DNA from: Pseudomonadota bacterium
GTDB lineage: Bacteria; Pseudomonadota; Gammaproteobacteria; Steroidobacterales; Steroidobacteraceae
Assembly (NCBI GenBank): GCA_021808035.1
Contig: JAKBCG010000001.1
Coordinates: 1-47,722, forward strand
Length of the DNA stretch: 47,722 bases
Direction of reading: 5' to 3'
Under the pieces are notes generated by a model. The model was not told the origin of the DNA. It saw only the letters and a list, made by a program, of their open reading frames with translations, and made no database searches. Position 1 is the first letter of the stretch; each line of letters starts with the position of its first letter. Position numbers and translations under genes: made by a program. Shown here piece by piece: positions 41,969 to 47,722 of this stretch.

Positions 41969-43042
41969 TCAGTCCGTCGGCGTGCCCCGCGACCGGGCTT
42001 CTTCGGCGAAAAGGACCAGTGACAGCGTGAGCGAGAGGATGATCGGCCCGGCAATGATCCCGATCGGTCCGAACGCCGAGATTCCGCCGAGCACGCCGAT
42101 GAAGACGACCAGCGCGGACACCGGCCCCCGGCCCGAAATCAACATCGGCTTCAGCACGTTGTCGATGCTCGAGAGCATGAGTCCCCAGATCGACATGAAG
42201 ATCCCGTAGCCCCAGCGCCCATCCACGAACAGCCACAGCGCGGCGGGCATCCACACGAGCGCCGTTCCGCCGAGCGGGAGCATCGCGAGCAGCGCGCCGA
42301 GCACGCCGAACACGACCGGCGATGCGAGATCGGCGATCGCGAATCCGACGCCGAGAACGATCCCCTGGACGATCGCGGTCATCGTCGTCCCGTAGACGAT
42401 CGCGCGGGTGACGCCGCCCAGGCGTTCGAGGAGCCGCTCCTCGTGCGCGGGATCGAGCGGGATCCAGGCGCGGACGCGCGCGATCATCGCGTCGCCATCG
42501 CGCAGGAAGAAGAACAGCAGCACGAGCATCAGCGCGATCCCGAAGAGTGAACTGACCGCGCCGAGGAAGAAGGAACCACCAAGACCGGCGGCGCGCTGCA
42601 GCGTTTCGCGCGCGCCGGAGACCATCCAGCTGCGCACCTCCTCGCCGGAGAACAGCCCGTGGGCGGCGAACCAGTCGTAGATCCGCGCGGCAGTCGGAAA
42701 CTGCCGCAGATCGCCGGTCGACAGCGGCGCGAAGTGCGGCGCGATCGCTTCGATCCGCTGCAGCAGCGCGGAGATCTGCGCGACGAACGCGATCGACAGC
42801 GCCGACAGCGGCAGCAGCACTCCGACGGGAGCGAGCACGGTCAGAACCCCGGCCGCGAGGCCCGCGCGGCCGCGCAGCCGGCGGCGCAGTCGGTGGTTCA
42901 GCGGAAACAGCAGGAACGCGAGCACCGCCGCCCAGGCCATCGGCGTCACGAACGGCGCGAAGATCCGCCACAGCGCGACCCCGAGCAGGCCTGCGACGGC
43001 GAGCGCGACGACGCGCGGATAGAACGCGGAAGCGGCCGGCAT
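41969..43042 (-). CDS. AI-2E (PerM/YdiK-like) family membrane transporter
   Basis: WAAVLAFLLFPL, LFFFLRDG, AIVQG, IDNVLKPMLI, GVLGGISAFGPIGIIAGP. Confidence 0.92.
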   Translation of the reverse strand: MPAASAFYPRVVALAVAGLLGVALWRIFAPFVTPMAWAAVLAFLLFPLNHRLRRRLRGRAGLAAGVLTVLAPVGVLLPLSALSIAFVAQISALLQRIEAIAPHFAPLSTGDLRQFPTAARIYDWFAAHGLFSGEEVRSWMVSGARETLQRAAGLGGSFFLGAVSSLFGIALMLVLLFFFLRDGDAMIARVRAWIPLDPAHEERLLERLGGVTRAIVYGTTMTAIVQGIVLGVGFAIADLASPVVFGVLGALLAMLPLGGTALVWMPAALWLFVDGRWGYGIFMSIWGLMLSSIDNVLKPMLISGRGPVSALVVFIGVLGGISAFGPIGIIAGPIILSLTLSLVLFAEEARSRGTPTD

Positions 43043-43141
43043 TGACGCATCCTAGCACCGGGATGCCGCCACGGGTCCGGACCGGGTACCATCGCGGCAC
43101 GCGCGACGGATCGCCGGCGCGGGCACGACGGGGGTGGAGCG

Positions 43142-43606
43142 ATGGTCGAGATCCAGGTCAATGGCCGGACGTTGCGGGTCGACGCGGCGCCGGATACGCC
43201 GCTGTTGTGGGTGTTGCGCGACCACTTGAACCTCACGGGGACGAAGTACGGCTGCGGTCGCGCGCTCTGCGGCGCATGTACGGTGCACCTCGACGGCGTC
43301 GCCGTACGTTCCTGCGTGCTGCCGGTCGGCGACGTCGGCCGGCGCGCCGTGACGACGATCGAGGGTTTGGCGCCGGATCGCTCCGACCCGGTGCAGCGCG
43401 CGTGGATCGAGCTCGACGTACCGCAGTGCGGGTACTGTCAGTCGGGGCAGATCATGGCGGCGGCGGCGCTCCTGCGCCTGCATCCGGCCCCGTCCGACGC
43501 CGACATCGACGCGGCGATGGCTGGCAACCTCTGTCGTTGCGGGACGTACGCGCGGATCCGCCATGCGGTGCATCGTGCGGCCGAGCTCGCGCGCGGGGAG
43601 GGTTGA
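43142..43606 (+). CDS. (2Fe-2S)-binding small subunit, isoquinoline 1-oxidoreductase alpha-like
   Basis: [50 protein letters not shown]. Confidence 0.95.
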   Translation: MVEIQVNGRTLRVDAAPDTPLLWVLRDHLNLTGTKYGCGRALCGACTVHLDGVAVRSCVLPVGDVGRRAVTTIEGLAPDRSDPVQRAWIELDVPQCGYCQSGQIMAAAALLRLHPAPSDADIDAAMAGNLCRCGTYARIRHAVHRAAELARGEG

Positions 43607-43610
43607 AGCG

Positions 43611-45842
43611 ATGGCGACCGAGAACGATCGCGCGACCGGCGCGGCTCCGGTACGGTGGACTCGCCGCGACTTCATGGGTTCGGCGTTGTCCGCGGGCGGC
43701 TTGGTGATCGCGATGAACCTGCCGTTGCCCGCGAAGGCGGCGACGAGGTCGGGCCGCGCGCCCGCCCAATTGAACGCATGGCTGCGGATCGCGCCGGACG
43801 ACACCATCACGATCCTCGTCGATCGCTCCGAGATGGGTCAGGGCGTCTATACCGCGCTGCCGACCCTGATCGCCGAGGAGTTGGAGATCGAGCTCGATCG
43901 CGTCGCGATCGTCGCCGCGCCGGTCGGTGACGCGTACTTCAACGCGGCGAACGTCGGTCAGGTCACGGGCACGAGCAACAGCGTCCAGGATGCCTGGGTC
44001 AAGTTGCGGACGGCCGGCGCGCAGGCGCGCACGATGCTGGTCGCCGCTGCGGCGGCCCGCTGGGGCGTCGATCCGGGCGAATGCCGCGCGCGACATGGCG
44101 TGATCACCAACGCCGCCGGGGACCGGTTCACGTATGGCGCGGTCGCGGCGGACGCGGCACGGCTGCCGGTGCCTGCGCACGTCGCGTTGAAGCCGGCGAG
44201 CCAGTTCGAGTTGATCGGCCGCGACTTGCCCCGGACCGACACCCCGGCGAAGGTCGACGGGAGCGCGCAATTCGGGATCGACGTACGCCTGCCGGGAATG
44301 CTCTACGGCGCGCTCGCGCAGAGTCCCGTGCTCGGGGGCTGGCCCGATTCGGTCGATTCGACCGAGGCCGGGAAGATGCCCGGGGTCCGCCTGGTGCTCG
44401 CGCTGGACAGCGGCGTGCTGGTCGTCGCCGACCACTATTGGCAGGCGCTCGCCGCGCGTCGCGCGCTGCGGGTGCGCTGGAACCCCGGCCCGAACGCGAC
44501 GCTGGGGGATGCGGCGATCCGCGAGTCCCTGCGGCGCACCGAGGCCGGGGACCCGGGACTCGTCGCGCGCGCCGACGGCGACGCCGACGCCGCGTTGGGG
44601 CGCGCGGCGCGCACTCATTCGGCGGTCTACGAAGTGCCGCTGCTCGCGCACGCGACGATGGAGCCGATGAACTGCACCGCCGACGTGCGCGCCGACGGCT
44701 GCGACCTGTACGTCGGCACCCAGGTCCAGCAGCTGTCGCAGGCGGCCGCGGCGGTCGCCGCCGGCGTGCCGCCCGATCGGGTCCGGGTCCACACGACCTT
44801 TCTCGGCGGCGGCTTCGGCCGGCGCCTCGACGTCGATTTCATTCCGGCCGCTGTCGCCGGCTCGCATGCGCTCGGCAGGCCGGTCCAGGTGATCTGGACC
44901 CGCGAGGACGACATGACCCACGATACCTATCGCCCGCCCGCGGTCGAGCGGATCAGCGCCGGTTTCGACGCCGCGGGCAAGGTCGACGCGTTCAAGCTGC
45001 ACATCGTGAGCCCGTTGATCACCGCACGGATGTTCCCGCCGGTGACCGGCGTCGACCCCGAGGTCGTCGAGGCGGCGGTGAACTGCGCGTACGGCATACC
45101 GAATTTCCTGGTCACCTACACGCGCCAGGAGATCGGGATCAACGTCGGTTACATGCGCTCGGTCAGCCATGCGGCGAACTGTTTCGTGATCGAGAGCTTC
45201 GTCGACGAGCTCGCGGCGCTCGCGCGCAAGGACCCGTACGATTTCCGGATGGAACTGCTCGCGACCAAGCCGCGTCACCGCCGGGTACTCGAGACCGCTG
45301 CGCGGCTCGCCGGGTGGGGCAAGCCCGCACCCGGCCGGCATCTCGGGCTCGCGCTGATGGAAGGTTATGCGACGCGGATCGCCCAGGTCGCCGAGATCTC
45401 GGTCGACGGCGGTGTTCCGCGGGTCCACCGGATCGTCTGCGCGGTCGACTGCGGGCAGATGGTCAATCCTCGTATCGTCGAGTCCCAGATCGAGAGCGGG
45501 ATCGTATTCGGCCTGAGCGAGGCGCTCTGGGGCGAGATCACGATCGCGAACGGCGTGGTGCAGCAGACGAACTTCGACGGCTATCGGGTGTTGCGGGCGA
45601 ACGAGATGCCGCAGATCGTGGTCGAGCTCCTGCCGAGCGAGGAGCCGCCGGGAGGCATCGGCGAAGTGGCCGTGCCGCTCGTCGCCCCGGCGGTGTGCAA
45701 CGCGTGGTTCGCAGCGACCGGTGAGCGGGTGCGTTCGCTCCCGCTCCTTTCGGGCCGCGCGGCGGCCGCGGCCGCCGTCAGACGCGGATCAGGAAATAAT
45801 GATCGAGGATCAGCGCCGCGAACAACAGCATCAGATAAGTGA
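43611..45842 (+). CDS. Molybdopterin-binding large subunit, isoquinoline 1-oxidoreductase beta-like, with Tat signal
   Basis: TRRDF twin-arginine motif, RSEMGQG, HATMEPMN, LGGGFGRR, WTREDD, ESFVDELA, GGIGE. The C-terminus overlaps cyoE by 65 nt. Confidence 0.93.
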   Translation: MATENDRATGAAPVRWTRRDFMGSALSAGGLVIAMNLPLPAKAATRSGRAPAQLNAWLRIAPDDTITILVDRSEMGQGVYTALPTLIAEELEIELDRVAIVAAPVGDAYFNAANVGQVTGTSNSVQDAWVKLRTAGAQARTMLVAAAAARWGVDPGECRARHGVITNAAGDRFTYGAVAADAARLPVPAHVALKPASQFELIGRDLPRTDTPAKVDGSAQFGIDVRLPGMLYGALAQSPVLGGWPDSVDSTEAGKMPGVRLVLALDSGVLVVADHYWQALAARRALRVRWNPGPNATLGDAAIRESLRRTEAGDPGLVARADGDADAALGRAARTHSAVYEVPLLAHATMEPMNCTADVRADGCDLYVGTQVQQLSQAAAAVAAGVPPDRVRVHTTFLGGGFGRRLDVDFIPAAVAGSHALGRPVQVIWTREDDMTHDTYRPPAVERISAGFDAAGKVDAFKLHIVSPLITARMFPPVTGVDPEVVEAAVNCAYGIPNFLVTYTRQEIGINVGYMRSVSHAANCFVIESFVDELAALARKDPYDFRMELLATKPRHRRVLETAARLAGWGKPAPGRHLGLALMEGYATRIAQVAEISVDGGVPRVHRIVCAVDCGQMVNPRIVESQIESGIVFGLSEALWGEITIANGVVQQTNFDGYRVLRANEMPQIVVELLPSEEPPGGIGEVAVPLVAPAVCNAWFAATGERVRSLPLLSGRAAAAAAVRRGSGNNDRGSAPRTTASDK

Positions 45843-46695
45843 TCGAGTACCGGAAGGTGCGCATCGCCATGTCGGCGCGGCGACCTCGACGCAATTCGAA
45901 CGCGTAGTACAGGAACCGGGCGTTCAGCGGCAGCACCGCGACCAGGTACACGAGCCCCGAGAGCCGCGTGAGGACCGGGAGCAAGGTGCACAGCACCAGC
46001 AGGACCGTGTACAGCACGATCTGCAGTCGCGTGAATTCGATGCCGTGGGTCACCGGCAGCATCGGGATCCCGACCTTCGCGTATTCGTCGCGCCGCGCGA
46101 TCGCGAGCGCCCAGAAATGTGGCGGCGTCCACGTGAAGATGATCAGGAACAGCGGCAACGCATGCGGATCGAGGTGGCCGGTCACCGCGGCCCAGCCGAG
46201 CAGCGGCGGCGCCGCGCCGGCGGCGCCGCCGATCACGATGTTCTGGGGCGTGGCGCGCTTCAGCCAGCGCGTGTAGACCAGCGCGTAGCCGATCAATGAA
46301 GCGAAGGTCAGCACCGCGGTCAACGGGTTCACGCCGAACCACAGCACCATCATCGAGACGATCGCGAGCGCGGTCGCGAATGAAAGCGCCTGCGATTCGC
46401 CGAGGCTGCCGGTCGGCAGCGGCCGGCCGCGCGTGCGCGACATCTGCTGGTCGATCCGGCGGTCCAGCACGTGGTTGAACGCTGCCGCGGATCCCGACGC
46501 CAGCGCGATCCCGAGGGTGCCGAGGAGCAGGGGTTCGAGCGGCACCATACCCGGCGACGCGAGCAACATCCCGACGACCGCGGTGAAAACGATCATCAGG
46601 CTGACCTTCGGCTTGGTCAGCTCCAGGAAATCGCGCCATCGGCCCACGCCGGCCGGGGCGGCTGCGACCACGGAATTCTCCGGAACGATCGGCAT
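45778..46695 (-). CDS. cyoE: Protoheme IX farnesyltransferase (heme O synthase)
   Basis: LELTKPKV, NHVLDRRIDQQMSRTRGRPLP, LKRATPQNIVIGGAAGA, WTPPHFWALA, GIPMLPV. Confidence 0.97.
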   Translation of the reverse strand: MPIVPENSVVAAAPAGVGRWRDFLELTKPKVSLMIVFTAVVGMLLASPGMVPLEPLLLGTLGIALASGSAAAFNHVLDRRIDQQMSRTRGRPLPTGSLGESQALSFATALAIVSMMVLWFGVNPLTAVLTFASLIGYALVYTRWLKRATPQNIVIGGAAGAAPPLLGWAAVTGHLDPHALPLFLIIFTWTPPHFWALAIARRDEYAKVGIPMLPVTHGIEFTRLQIVLYTVLLVLCTLLPVLTRLSGLVYLVAVLPLNARFLYYAFELRRGRRADMAMRTFRYSITYLMLLFAALILDHYFLIRV

Positions 46696-46699
46696 CGAG

Positions 46700-47680
46700 C
46701 TAGGTTACCACGGCGAGGACCGGCGACGGCCACAGCCGGCGCAGCACGGTCACCATCGACAGCAGCAGGAGCGCTGCCCCGGCGTTGTGCATCGTCGCGA
46801 GCGGCAGCGGAAAGCCGAAGTGCACCATCGACACGCCGATCGTGATCTGCAGCAGCACCGCGAAGATCAGGAAGGCGCCCGCGCGTCGCAGCCGCGGTCC
46901 GGCGGCCCGCCGCACCGTGAGGATCCCGAGCGTGACCAGCGCGACCCCGGTGATCACCGCGCCGAGTCGGTGGGTGACCTGGATCGCTATGCGAGCCGGA
47001 TTGGACAGGATCCCACCGTCGTAATCGATGTCGAGCCCGCGCCACAGCACGAAGGCGTCGCGGAAATCCATCTGCCGCGGCCACCACGAGGCCTGGCAGG
47101 TCGGCAGGTCGGGACAGGCCGCCGCCGCGTAGTTGGTGCTGGTCCAACCGCCGAGCGCGATCTGCAGCGCGAGGAGCACGAGGCACACGAGCGCGAATGC
47201 GCGCAGCGAGCGCTCGCGCGCGGTCGCGTCGCGCCGCTCCGGCTCCATCGACAGCCACCAGAGGATCGACAAGGTCGTCAGTCCGCCGAGCAGATGGCTG
47301 GTCACGATCAGCGGCTTCAACAGCATCGTGACGGTGAGCGCGCCGAGCGCGCCCTGGACGCAGACCATCACGAACAGCGCGACCGCCGCACCGAGCGGCT
47401 GCCCGCGGGTCTTGCGGTTCGCGACCGCCCACGACAGCAGCACCATGATCACGACCCCGAGCGTGGTCGCGAAGTACCGATGGATCATCTCGTGCAGGGC
47501 CTTGTGGAAGCCCCTTCCAGCCTCGGGGAACACGTGGCCGTAGCATCCCGGCCAGTCCGGGCAGCCGAGACCGGCGTCGGTCAGCCGCACCCAGGCACCG
47601 AGCACGACGACGATCGATGCGAGCAGTGCGCCGGCGAGCGCGATGCGCCGGAACCAGAGAACACGTCGTTGGGATTGCAT
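46700..47680 (-). CDS. ctaA: Heme A synthase (COX15/CtaA)
   Basis: GAWVRLTDAGLGCPDWPGCYG, EMIHRY, VTSHLLGG, ACPDLPTC, THRLGA, HNAGAALL. Confidence 0.95.
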   Translation of the reverse strand: MQSQRRVLWFRRIALAGALLASIVVVLGAWVRLTDAGLGCPDWPGCYGHVFPEAGRGFHKALHEMIHRYFATTLGVVIMVLLSWAVANRKTRGQPLGAAVALFVMVCVQGALGALTVTMLLKPLIVTSHLLGGLTTLSILWWLSMEPERRDATARERSLRAFALVCLVLLALQIALGGWTSTNYAAAACPDLPTCQASWWPRQMDFRDAFVLWRGLDIDYDGGILSNPARIAIQVTHRLGAVITGVALVTLGILTVRRAAGPRLRRAGAFLIFAVLLQITIGVSMVHFGFPLPLATMHNAGAALLLLSMVTVLRRLWPSPVLAVVT

Positions 47681-47685
47681 GTCGT

Positions 47686-47722
47686 TCAGCCGATGGTCGA
47701 GAGTTGGAGGAGGCGCTGCAGG
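47686..47722 (-). CDS. 3' end of the conserved hypothetical (SCO-like) gene usually upstream of ctaA; truncated by window edge
   Basis: Minus strand reads ...LQRLLQLSTIG-stop, resembling the L.RLL..S.IG C-terminus of that gene in cytochrome oxidase assembly clusters. Only 11 codons are visible. Confidence 0.6.
   Translation of the reverse strand, partial: LQRLLQLSTIG

Overview
A high-GC (by eye about 65-70%) gammaproteobacterial chromosomal segment near oriC. The gene set and order suggest a Steroidobacterales/Nevskiales-like lineage (inference). The core backbone is: 3' part of gyrB, plsC-glyS-glyQ, glnA-DUF4124-ntrB-ntrC (with an intact sigma54/NtrC/IHF promoter), trmL, gpsA-secB-grxC-rhodanese, envC-ctpA-GGDEF-pbpG, a TPP-riboswitch-controlled TonB-dependent receptor, tatABC, dtd, trkAH, uvrD, an AI-2E transporter, iorAB-like molybdo-oxidoreductase genes and heme O/heme A synthases. 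Two accessory nutrient-scavenging loci stand out. (1) TIGR04076-family protein + aldo/keto reductase + TonB-dependent receptor + MFS transporter, sitting between gyrB and plsC. (2) TonB-dependent receptor + carboxylesterase + 3-hydroxybutyrate dehydrogenase, divergent from a TetR regulator and a PhaZc-like alpha/beta hydrolase, with two matching operator palindromes overlapping two divergent promoters; this is the best candidate for an undescribed system (uptake and breakdown of 3-hydroxybutyrate oligomers or esters). Other oddities are an ICMT-family gene with an apparent in-frame deletion of its catalytic segment, a degenerate GGDEF protein with an intact I-site inside a cell-wall hydrolase cluster, and an iorB that reads through a palindrome into cyoE. 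I saw no tRNA, rRNA, CRISPR array, transposase or integrase. All family calls come from motif recognition by eye; no database searches were run.
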